Virus record (IMG/VR): IMGVR_UViG_3300035034_002090
Span: 1-45,237 of that record
Direction: 5' to 3' (one strand)
Length of the DNA: 45,237 nt
Origin: a virus
Taxonomy: Duplodnaviria > Heunggongvirae > Uroviricota > Caudoviricetes
A model generated the notes under the pieces. That model did no database searches and had not been told where the DNA came from. It was given only the letters and a program-made list of their open reading frames with translations. Numbering within the stretch: the stretch's first letter is position 1; each line of letters begins with the position of its first letter. The translations under genes and the position numbers were made by a program. Positions 15,643-24,045 of the stretch are shown one piece after another.

Positions 15643-16143
15643 ATGAGTATGATCAAAATCCTTTTTCTTATCGCGATGATACAGTCCGGGGATGCCGACC
15701 TTCCGGACATACATACCCCTCCTGTTCAGCAGAGCGGATGGTCGACCTACTACGACCTGAGCGACGCCAGTATGAACGGGGATATAATGGCCAACGGAAA
15801 AGAGTTTGATCCGTCCGCCATGTCGATAGCCCATCGGAGTATTCCGCTGGGTACAATGGTTTTGATCGAGCACGCTCATACCGGAAACAGGGTTTGGGCG
15901 GAAGTCACGGATAGAGGACCTTATGGGGCCATACATGATGGAAGGTGGGTACTGAAGCTGAACCGTAGCGACCCCGGGAGGTGGAGAGGCGTGGCAGATT
16001 TATCGTACGGCGTTGCAAAAGCTCTTACCAATGCGGAGGGCCGACCTCCTAATTCCGACATTAAAATCAGGTACTGGAAACAAGCCTCGTTACGCAGACC
16101 CATTGTGTTTCTGGAGACCAGAAGGTACGTTTCAGTCTATTAA
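15643..16143 (+). CDS. rlpA: RlpA-like (double-psi beta-barrel) lytic transglycosylase with signal peptide
   Basis: GWSTYY, MANGKEFD, SIAHRSIPLGT, VTDRGPY, DLSYGVAKAL. Confidence 0.85.
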   Translation: MSMIKILFLIAMIQSGDADLPDIHTPPVQQSGWSTYYDLSDASMNGDIMANGKEFDPSAMSIAHRSIPLGTMVLIEHAHTGNRVWAEVTDRGPYGAIHDGRWVLKLNRSDPGRWRGVADLSYGVAKALTNAEGRPPNSDIKIRYWKQASLRRPIVFLETRRYVSVY

Positions 16144-16182
16144 TTGACCTGATGCCAAACACAAAACCTAGATGAGACAGTC

Positions 16183-16527
16183 ATGAATGACGAATCTTTT
16201 GCCAAAATTATTATCGTTGTTTTCCTAGTCTTCGCTTTTGGTGGGTGCGGTGCTGCATACGTAAACAGCAAGGATGCTGTAAATGTAAAAGTCACCGACA
16301 AAACAGTGAAGAGGTACGGTAAAGACGGTGACAAATTTCTCATCTTCACCGACAAGGAGTCGTTTGAGAACGTAGATTCCATGCTCTTTGGGAAGTTTGA
16401 CAGTGCAGATGTGTATGGGAAGATTGAAAAAGGGAAGTGTTATACCTTCACGGTCGCCGGTTGGCGGATCCCCTTCTTTAGCTCTTACCGGAACGTCCTT
16501 GCCATCAAGAGCAGAGACTGCAAATGA
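16183..16527 (+). CDS. DUF1523-like membrane-anchored protein
   Basis: N-terminal TM; FENVDS..GKFDSAD, GWRIPFFSSYRN. Confidence 0.75.
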   Translation: MNDESFAKIIIVVFLVFAFGGCGAAYVNSKDAVNVKVTDKTVKRYGKDGDKFLIFTDKESFENVDSMLFGKFDSADVYGKIEKGKCYTFTVAGWRIPFFSSYRNVLAIKSRDCK

Positions 16528-17096
16528 ATCTCACTAAAAGCATCTCAGCAGCGAAAGAGAATCCACGCAGAATAGATCTGTTGGTTTCTAGCGTGGCGGA
16601 TAGGATTCTCCGAGGCAGGCCGGAAGAGGTGACGCTCGCCTACCTTGATGACCTCCTTGCTGATCACTCCGAGCTGGTGAGAGATACCGCTAGATTTTGC
16701 GTGGCCTGTGTACCCTTCCTTCAGGGGGCAGTAGAGACCGTCGAGCATAACGAATCCTATAACCTAGCTACAGACGAACACATACGAAAATGGATTTCTG
16801 GGCTGGCATGGGCCATCATCACATCAGCTCAATGTGGAATTCCGGCTACGGGCATTCATGTTTGGCTGGACACGGGCTACGAGGACGCCACTCAATCATC
16901 GACTTGGATAAGCTTTCAATTTGGTGAGGTGAAAGTAGAAAGACGAAATTGGCAGGGGGCGATCTGGCAATGTAACTTTGATGCTGCTGTCGCACCGGCG
17001 GCCCCGGAGGATCAGGCTAACGGCTTCTGGGACTTGAGGTATATGAGCTGGCGAAGTGAATGCTTTCAGGAAGGTATAGACAATAACAGCTCATGA
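16524..17096 (+). CDS. Hypothetical protein (190 aa)
   Basis: ATGA overlap with upstream gene. Confidence 0.7.
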   Translation: MNLTKSISAAKENPRRIDLLVSSVADRILRGRPEEVTLAYLDDLLADHSELVRDTARFCVACVPFLQGAVETVEHNESYNLATDEHIRKWISGLAWAIITSAQCGIPATGIHVWLDTGYEDATQSSTWISFQFGEVKVERRNWQGAIWQCNFDAAVAPAAPEDQANGFWDLRYMSWRSECFQEGIDNNSS

Positions 17097-17114
17097 GATA
17101 AGGCCCTTGAAGAA

Positions 17115-17891
17115 ATGCGGATCGGACTGTTCATCCGCAGCGGTGGAAGGATGCTTCAACTAAGGAGTGGCTGTATGTTCAACAAGCTACCTGTCGACAA
17201 ACCGCCTGAGATAACCTCAAGCGAGTACGATGCTCTGACTCAGTCGCACCCTTGGCCGACTAGGCTAGCGGATGTGAACGCAGGAGTTGTATCTGGGCTT
17301 CTTAAGCGTGGACTACTTAACGAATCTGAAGGCGTATATGCCGCTACCGTCAGGGGCAACCGTGTCGCGAACAGGTGCAGGAATCGCCTATGGCTGAAGT
17401 CACTTGGATCTGATAGCTACGTTCTCTATATCGGATGGACGTCCATTGGGATGTTCGAGCGCATACCATCTAAGTCAGAAGAGCTTTGGATTGCGTCTGA
17501 CTCCGCTGACACATCCCTTCAGGAGTTCAATAGCGCAGATGATGCCATTACCTACCTCATCAATAGGCGTGAAGAGAGCAAGCCTGATGGATGGACCCTT
17601 GAGGGCAAGTCAGAAAAGGGGTTCCCTGAATACTCAAAGCAGATGACTTTCGCAAAGCTCATCATCTGGTCAACATCGAACGGGGCCTTTGGCAAAATAC
17701 GAACGGCCGATAAGAGCTGGGTACTCACTGCACAGAATGTTCATGAGTGCGCTTCGATGCTGGTAGATGATTACAAGACTGTGCTCAGGCGTGAGCTTAA
17801 GTCTCTAAGTGATAGCGGCGGACTGAGAGTCATTACTGACAACGATCCCTGCCTTGGTCTCCATTGCAGCACGTTAATTCCCGCAGAGTGA
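17115..17891 (+). CDS. Hypothetical protein (start may be 17175)
   Basis: Long ORF in operon context. Confidence 0.7.
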   Translation: MRIGLFIRSGGRMLQLRSGCMFNKLPVDKPPEITSSEYDALTQSHPWPTRLADVNAGVVSGLLKRGLLNESEGVYAATVRGNRVANRCRNRLWLKSLGSDSYVLYIGWTSIGMFERIPSKSEELWIASDSADTSLQEFNSADDAITYLINRREESKPDGWTLEGKSEKGFPEYSKQMTFAKLIIWSTSNGAFGKIRTADKSWVLTAQNVHECASMLVDDYKTVLRRELKSLSDSGGLRVITDNDPCLGLHCSTLIPAE

Positions 17892-17892
17892 A

Positions 17893-19299
17893 TTACTTCT
17901 TATCCTTTCCGAGATCCTTGATTGTAAGGAGCTTTCCAATAGCCGACCTCTGTTTTCTGTCCTGAGTCCCCTGAGAGTCCTCCTTCCACGGCTTGTACTC
18001 GTAGGACTCTTCTTCTGTAGAGGCAGACCTGCTAGTCGTCCCCAGATACTCACCCTCCGATGCAATTGTATCCAACCCGATGTCACCAGTAATCTTACCG
18101 AATGTAATATCATCCTCGGGCGGCCGGTAATCCATACCCTGTACCGCCATCCTTCGGCACACCTCTTTTGTCCCAGCACCGGCGTAAGCCCTGTGAACAT
18201 CGCACATGAACTCTAGAGCATCCGGTGGCACAGAGTCTCCGACCTCTGCTATCAAATCGGCGTCCGCCATGTACTGGCGCACCTCCCTCTCGATGGCTTC
18301 TTCTTCAGACGTCTTCATAGCCAGTATCTGGTCGATTCTACCGGGGCGTCTTGCAGCCGCTGGAAGTGCGAGGTAATTATTAGCTGTAATGAGGGTTAGC
18401 GGCACTGAGTACATGCCGTCCTCGAACAGCCAAAGGTGCCTTGAAAGAGAAGAGGCGATGTAGTCGATGTCGTCAATTATCACCATCGTGGGCTTGATCC
18501 AGAACATAATGTCCTGCCACATCACCTTGTTGATATTGGGGAGGACGGAGTTGGACACGATGAGGGTTTTCTTAGACAGTTCTCTCCTTACGTGATGAAC
18601 AAAGGTAGTCTTACCTGTTCCCTGACGACCCTGAAGAAGAACGGTGCGCTTTTCTCCCGCATCCATGAACTGCTTCCACTCTTCGATATATTCTAGCTTC
18701 TCGCCCTTAAATTCCTCTCTGTCTTCCTCTGTCTCTATCAGGACAAGATCTTCTACATCCCAATCCAGAAGCATCGACTCAGACTCAGACCAAATACACT
18801 GCGATATTGAGCGCCTGAATTCCTCGCGGCCATCCAAGGGCGCAAACATAAGATCGACATGAGGGTGACCACTCGTATAAAATAGAGACTGGCCGCCTCC
18901 TATGGGTTGCCTAAGAAGAAGGAAGTTGTCGAACTCCTTTTCTATTTTGGACTCACCATGGATGCTTTCTGCGTAGTGGATGGCCTCCCACGCCACCCAC
19001 TTGAATTCCTCCCCCGCCAGAGCATACTTCCTATCTGCCATATAGCTAATCACGCTGGGAAGCGTATCTTTCGAATTCCTTTGAAGGACTTCACGAGTGA
19101 AATTCAGCGCGAAGGTTGCAATCGTGTGCGGCTTAGATAGATCCAGATCTTTAGTGATGTCTACCCAAGACTTAACCTCATCAATCGCTTCTAGGGCGAA
19201 CTCAGCTTTTTCAGATGGCAAGTCCACACCATCAACAATAACCCTAGAAGCCGCGAGCTGCCCGAGACCTGTTGCGATAACCTTCCAAACCGGAAGCAT
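17893..19299 (-). CDS. AAA+ ATPase
   Basis: Walker A GRQGTGKT, Walker B MVIIDDID, sensor ITANN, arginine finger RRPGRID. Confidence 0.9.
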   Translation of the reverse strand: MLPVWKVIATGLGQLAASRVIVDGVDLPSEKAEFALEAIDEVKSWVDITKDLDLSKPHTIATFALNFTREVLQRNSKDTLPSVISYMADRKYALAGEEFKWVAWEAIHYAESIHGESKIEKEFDNFLLLRQPIGGGQSLFYTSGHPHVDLMFAPLDGREEFRRSISQCIWSESESMLLDWDVEDLVLIETEEDREEFKGEKLEYIEEWKQFMDAGEKRTVLLQGRQGTGKTTFVHHVRRELSKKTLIVSNSVLPNINKVMWQDIMFWIKPTMVIIDDIDYIASSLSRHLWLFEDGMYSVPLTLITANNYLALPAAARRPGRIDQILAMKTSEEEAIEREVRQYMADADLIAEVGDSVPPDALEFMCDVHRAYAGAGTKEVCRRMAVQGMDYRPPEDDITFGKITGDIGLDTIASEGEYLGTTSRSASTEEESYEYKPWKEDSQGTQDRKQRSAIGKLLTIKDLGKDKK

Positions 19300-19373
19300 G
19301 ATGGAACCTTGTGGTATGATGCATCTTGGTCAAAAATGCGAGTTGACCCGTATGCAAAGATACTGTTAGCTAG

Positions 19374-19679
19374 ATGGCGCATATGAAGGACGCTTCCATT
19401 CACACCAGTACACTACCTGATGGAACCATCTTCCAATGGAAGGTGGTTGGTAAGCAAGGTTCTTTTGGTTGCGTGTTCGGGTTTCATGACACGATAAAGG
19501 ATCGAGAGACCGAGACATTCATCTATACGAGATGCGATAGGTGTGAGCAAAGAATCGTGAGGCTAAAATCTTTCCTTTCGAAGGAAGTTCAGCCCGACAA
19601 GATGTGGCTAGCTAACGGTACGTTTGCAGACCATATCAAAAGAAGACGACCAGAGGATCCCCCGAGCATCAAGAGATAA
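19374..19679 (+). CDS. Hypothetical protein (101 aa)
   Basis: ORF divergent from the AAA gene. Confidence 0.6.
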   Translation: MAHMKDASIHTSTLPDGTIFQWKVVGKQGSFGCVFGFHDTIKDRETETFIYTRCDRCEQRIVRLKSFLSKEVQPDKMWLANGTFADHIKRRRPEDPPSIKR

Positions 19680-19750
19680 ACATAGTTGGAATGCGTAGTG
19701 AGGATGCCTAAGAATCACCCCGGCATGACTCAACTAGCAACGAGGACCCT

Positions 19751-20038
19751 ATGAAATCTCTTATTGAGCGTATCAAGATGTTTGTCGAGGCCAATCCTTG
19801 GCACTCTTCTGGCGGCAAATTCTCCAGTGCAAAGAAGCTTGCTAAAAATGGTAAAGGCTCTTATTCGAAAAAGGGCAAAAAATACGCCGTTGGAAAAGGA
19901 TCCAGCGGGCCTTACGCCAAAAAAGTTAATAAGGACTGCGGTCGAGATGACCGGCCGCAGGACGCCACAAGATGTCGAGACGAGAAGGTCCCCGAGTGGT
20001 CCAAGGAGCGCTACGGAGATTCTGATAGATTCAAATAA
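19751..20038 (+). CDS. Small basic phage protein with NPxHxxxGKF motif
   Basis: GAGG SD; EANPWHSSGGKFSS; Lys-rich. Confidence 0.75.
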   Translation: MKSLIERIKMFVEANPWHSSGGKFSSAKKLAKNGKGSYSKKGKKYAVGKGSSGPYAKKVNKDCGRDDRPQDATRCRDEKVPEWSKERYGDSDRFK

Positions 20039-20055
20039 CCCACCAGAGAGTCCTG

Positions 20056-20787
20056 ATGTATAAGTATCAACTTACGAAGATGGACGCCGTTGACTTCCTT
20101 AAGGAGTTCCCTGACGAGTCTGTCAACTGCATCGTCACAGACCCCGCCTACGAATCCCTAGAAAAGCACCGAAGCAAGGGAACTACGACGAGGCTCAAGG
20201 AGAGCGACGGCTCATCTAATCAGTGGTTCCCTATTTTCCCAAACAGCCGTTTCGATGAGTTCTACCGGGAATGCCACAGGGTCCTCAAGAAAGATAGTCA
20301 CCTCTACACCTTCAGTGACTGCGAAACCTTGTTCATCATGAAGCCTGTCGGCGAGAACGTGGGCTTCAAGTTCTGGAAGGACCTGATCTGGCTCAAGATG
20401 ACAAAGGACATGAAGAAGATCCGCATGGGAATGGGCTACCACTACCGGAACACCAATGAACGAGTGCTTTTCTTCGAGAAGGGAAAGCGAAAGCTTAAAG
20501 ACCTGTCGATGATCGATGTCTTCCAATACCCGAGACCGCCGCGTGGAGGATACCCCACCGAGAAGCCTTGGGAGATTGCCCGGGACGTCATATCTCAATG
20601 CACTGACGAAGGGGACCTCGTCATTGACCCATTTATGGGTGGAGGATCTACGGGATATGCAGCTCTTACCCTCGGCAGGAACTTTATCGGTAATGACAAA
20701 GTCGATTTTGCACTCAAATACTCTCAAGAGAAGCTAGGACCTCGGGGTGTGAAGAGCAACCTCTTGGAAAATCTTCAGGGTGCGTAA
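20056..20787 (+). CDS. Orphan beta-class N6A/N4C DNA methyltransferase
   Basis: VTDPAY (motif IV) precedes YPTEKP and DPFMGGGST (motif I). Confidence 0.92.
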   Translation: MYKYQLTKMDAVDFLKEFPDESVNCIVTDPAYESLEKHRSKGTTTRLKESDGSSNQWFPIFPNSRFDEFYRECHRVLKKDSHLYTFSDCETLFIMKPVGENVGFKFWKDLIWLKMTKDMKKIRMGMGYHYRNTNERVLFFEKGKRKLKDLSMIDVFQYPRPPRGGYPTEKPWEIARDVISQCTDEGDLVIDPFMGGGSTGYAALTLGRNFIGNDKVDFALKYSQEKLGPRGVKSNLLENLQGA

Positions 20788-21323
20788 TGAAAGTCGTAAT
20801 CGCTGGAAGCAGGGGGGTTACGGATTTCGAAACGGTTTGCCAAGCCATCACCGAGTCAGGGCTGGACATCTCAGAGGTAGTATCTGGAACAGCTCGTGGC
20901 GTTGACCGTCTTGGTGAGCGCTGGGCCAGAAAAAACAACCGGCCCATTAAACCATTTCCGGCGGACTGGAAGAATCTAGGGCGAGGTGCTGGACATATCA
21001 GAAACAGGCAGATGGCTGAATATGCAGACGCTGTTATCTGTGTGTGGGATGGGAAAAGCAAGGGCACGTGGAGCATGATTAAATATGCTTCTGACAAAGC
21101 AATGCCACTGTACATACATCTCGACAATAGTCTTGCTGAGATGGGATGGAGGGCGCTTCTTACCGGCCTGCCTCCGCAGTGGTGGCGCTCAAGTGGCTTA
21201 GAGGCGCTCTCTATTGCCTGCTGGCTGAACGGGTGCGCAAGCATGACCGCTGGGGAGATAACGGCTGAGGATGTGTTTGAGTCAATATGTGAGGAAGGCT
21301 CTCGGATAAGGGAGGTGTTGTGA
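20787..21323 (+). CDS. SLOG-family protein (DUF2493/YspA-like)
   Basis: VVIAGSR, VVSGTARGVD, FPADW, AGHIRNRQMA, WDGKSKGT. Confidence 0.9.
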   Translation: MKVVIAGSRGVTDFETVCQAITESGLDISEVVSGTARGVDRLGERWARKNNRPIKPFPADWKNLGRGAGHIRNRQMAEYADAVICVWDGKSKGTWSMIKYASDKAMPLYIHLDNSLAEMGWRALLTGLPPQWWRSSGLEALSIACWLNGCASMTAGEITAEDVFESICEEGSRIREVL

Positions 21324-21517
21324 GGGTTTTGGTGGACATTGAAGTGAGCATGGAAGAGCTTGAAGCGATTGCGTATGCGCGATTCAAGGATGGAGCTGAA
21401 GAGGTCAGCGTAAGCACCATACAGCAGGTTATGCGATCCGCTGTGAAGTCCAGAATAGATGAGTTGGTCCGAAGATACCGAGAAGCAGAGTCGGCAATGC
21501 CTAAGGAGAAGCCCTGA
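21320..21517 (+). CDS. Hypothetical protein (65 aa)
   Basis: GGGAGG SD; GTGA overlap. Confidence 0.65.
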   Translation: MRVLVDIEVSMEELEAIAYARFKDGAEEVSVSTIQQVMRSAVKSRIDELVRRYREAESAMPKEKP

Positions 21518-22170
21518 TGTACAGCATCCTATTGATACTAGTCACCCTATCCAGCCTCGCCTTTGTCGCTGGGTACTGCCTATCTCTCCGAAGGGTGCGC
21601 GATCTTCAGGCAGCTCAAGGCGATCTCGAAGAGGACCTTCGTCGCGCCAAGGCAGCCATTCAAAAGAACGACAGCGTCCCTTCGCAGAACTCCGTTCCCA
21701 CTGTGGCCGATCTTGTCCGTCTGGCTCGCTCCGTAGAAACTACGGTCCTTCCGCACCAATGCCCCGAGTTTCAGCTACACTCCATTCGTGGCTTCGACGA
21801 TAAAATGGGCGGAAATATATTCAACAACGGAGCCGAAGTTGAGACGCATAGCTTCAAAGAAGAGGCCGTAGCCTACCGAAGCATCCTCCCCATCGACCCC
21901 ACATTCAGTGAGCACCTCCAAGCTAAGCTGGGTATGTACCGCCAACACGGTCAGGTTCGCGTCTGCGTAGAGGAAGGGCTTCGTGGGGGCGTAGAACTTA
22001 CCCTCAGAGCGCACCCATTCATATACAATGGCCCTGTGCTCCTAACCATATGCGATCTTGACGGGGAGCTTATGGAGTCTGTCGTGAGTGAGGCAGAGAA
22101 AATCATCTATGAAGATCAGCTTCATAGAATGCCGGGGGGATCGCCATCTAAAACTGGAAATGAAGCCTAA
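21517..22170 (+). CDS. Membrane-anchored hypothetical protein
   Basis: N-terminal TM then coiled coil; AAGGAG SD. Confidence 0.75.
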   Translation: MYSILLILVTLSSLAFVAGYCLSLRRVRDLQAAQGDLEEDLRRAKAAIQKNDSVPSQNSVPTVADLVRLARSVETTVLPHQCPEFQLHSIRGFDDKMGGNIFNNGAEVETHSFKEEAVAYRSILPIDPTFSEHLQAKLGMYRQHGQVRVCVEEGLRGGVELTLRAHPFIYNGPVLLTICDLDGELMESVVSEAEKIIYEDQLHRMPGGSPSKTGNEA

Positions 22171-22223
22171 AGCCTCTTAGCCTCTGCTTGTAGTAGGGCA
22201 GACCACAACTAGGAGGAAGGACC

Positions 22224-22811
22224 ATGCAAGAACAACTCACAGAAGCGTCCCTGAGCAGAATCATGAGTCATCTTGATTCTGGCGCGTCATGGGGCATTGT
22301 CAGCGCTTGGCGAGGCGAAGATTCTCAGGAAGTCAAAAACGCTCAAACTGAGCAGCTAAAAAAAGACCTCAAGAGGCTTCGTCACGGCTTTTTCAAAATG
22401 AAGGGCAAGTGGGAAGAGACGAACCGCGAAACCAATGAGAAAGAAGTATTAGAGGAAAGGTCTTTTTTCGTCATCGGCATAACCAGAAGTGAAATTGTCA
22501 GCCTGTGTCGCAGATACCACCAAGAGGCAGTCGTATTTGGTGAGCCGTCTGACGGAAATCTGCAACGGCCTGAAAAAGGTCCGATGGTTCTAGTCCTAGG
22601 GCCATCCAATCAAGTCCTTGAAATTCATGGACCCAACGAAAGCGAGACCATGCGCCCGATGCAGGTGGCTAAGGTTTACTCCGAGTACAAAGGAAGGCCC
22701 TTTAAGCTAGGTGAGTCGGTAGTGCTTCCACCTCCGCTACCTTCCGAAGAAAGCATCATGGCCGAGAATAAGATGCATGATCGCATCTGGTCGGCTGTGA
22801 AAAGGAGGTAG
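22224..22811 (+). CDS. Hypothetical phage protein
   Basis: AGGAGG SD; EASLSRI...GIVSAWR...EERSFFV pattern I recall from large-phage proteins. Confidence 0.8.
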   Translation: MQEQLTEASLSRIMSHLDSGASWGIVSAWRGEDSQEVKNAQTEQLKKDLKRLRHGFFKMKGKWEETNRETNEKEVLEERSFFVIGITRSEIVSLCRRYHQEAVVFGEPSDGNLQRPEKGPMVLVLGPSNQVLEIHGPNESETMRPMQVAKVYSEYKGRPFKLGESVVLPPPLPSEESIMAENKMHDRIWSAVKRR

Positions 22812-22813
22812 GG

Positions 22814-23284
22814 GTGTCCATGCTCACTGTAGAAATCAAGGGCTCTGATTATCATCTGTCTTACGATGCTGACATTCGAATATCGGCTACTGAAGATGGA
22901 TGGTTTGTGGTCGATGCTTTTGAGGTCTCTGACGAGACCACGGTGAATGGGGAAATACCCGGCATAGAACACGTTCATATTGTTGCCGGACCATTTGATT
23001 CTGAGGATCCCGCCAGATGGTTCTCAGAAATGGTCAAGGAGGCACATTCTTCTGTGATAAGGTCTCTCAAAACCATGTCAGATAGGCTCGAATCTATCAT
23101 CTCAGACCTTCAGGATGCACGAGATCTGACCAAAGATGTCAGGGGACATGCGAGGCACCACGATGAAGACGAGGTCTGTATCGAATCCGCCAGATCTCTA
23201 GAAAGAATGGACCGGCACATTTATCTTTCGACCGTAGACGCTCTTAGCATGAAGAGCCTTATCGATTCGAGGTTGGGTGAATAG
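22814..23284 (+). CDS. Hypothetical protein (156 aa)
   Basis: AGGAGG SD. Confidence 0.75.
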   Translation: MSMLTVEIKGSDYHLSYDADIRISATEDGWFVVDAFEVSDETTVNGEIPGIEHVHIVAGPFDSEDPARWFSEMVKEAHSSVIRSLKTMSDRLESIISDLQDARDLTKDVRGHARHHDEDEVCIESARSLERMDRHIYLSTVDALSMKSLIDSRLGE

Positions 23285-23411
23285 CAGCCCCTTGTATTCA
23301 TCTAAAGGTTGTTTCCCTCCCGTGCACTAGTAGCATGTTACAGGAGTTGATCGGAACTCATCAGGCCGATTGGCTCTACTTGGCGCAGCCAAGTCACTCC
23401 TTTGGCAAGGA

Positions 23412-23447
23412 AGGCAGAGCGTCGGGGAGTTCCTCGGCGCTCTGCCT
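23412..23447. terminator. Long GC-rich hairpin, probable terminator
   Basis: AGGCAGAGCGTCGGGG / CCTCGGCGCTCTGCCT. Confidence 0.6.
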
Positions 23448-23458
23448 GTTGAGAGTAA

Positions 23459-23968
23459 ATGGATAAAATTACGCTAAAAATAAAGTCGTTTACCAATGCC
23501 GAGACCTCCCGAAAAACTGAGGGTGGGTCTCCGCGCTTGGCCTCTGCTGGCGTGCTTCCGTTGTGTCCAGATACGGGAAGAGTTCTCTTAAACCTCAGGA
23601 GTCAGAAGGTAAGCAGCCACAAAGGAGAGTGGTCTGTGTGGGGTGGTGGTCTGGAAGACAACGAGACGCCTGAAGAGGCTGCCATACGAGAGCTTGCCGA
23701 AGAGGCTGGCTACAGCGGTCCCATCAGACTTGTTCGTGCGTACAGATTCATATCTCCCGATAAGGTGTTCTCTTACCACCACTTTCTAGGCATCGTAAAA
23801 GAAGAGTTTAGGCCCGCCATCAATTGGGAGAGCGACGCGTGGAGATGGATCAAGCCTGCTGACTTCGAAATACTAGATAGCCCTATGCACCCGGGATTCT
23901 TGGAGTTCATAGAAAATAGCAAGGGGTTGATCGAGCTTTATACTGGAGCGCCTGCAAGGCTTCCGTAA
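23459..23968 (+). CDS. Nudix hydrolase
   Basis: GGGLEDNETPEEAAIRELAEEAG Nudix box. Confidence 0.9.
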   Translation: MDKITLKIKSFTNAETSRKTEGGSPRLASAGVLPLCPDTGRVLLNLRSQKVSSHKGEWSVWGGGLEDNETPEEAAIRELAEEAGYSGPIRLVRAYRFISPDKVFSYHHFLGIVKEEFRPAINWESDAWRWIKPADFEILDSPMHPGFLEFIENSKGLIELYTGAPARLP

Positions 23969-24045
23969 ACAGCACGACTTTTTGCTTTCGAGAAAGCGCC
24001 GCATTATTAATATGTAGATGAATAACGCAGATCCACAACCACTTG

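Noticed and set aside
23358-23364. Minus-strand CTGATGA in the structured intergenic region
   Set aside because: No correctly placed GAAA and NUH found, so it is not a hammerhead
23670-23679. CTGAAGAGGC core-like string
   Set aside because: Encodes PEEA of the Nudix box; no flanking stems or GAAA half
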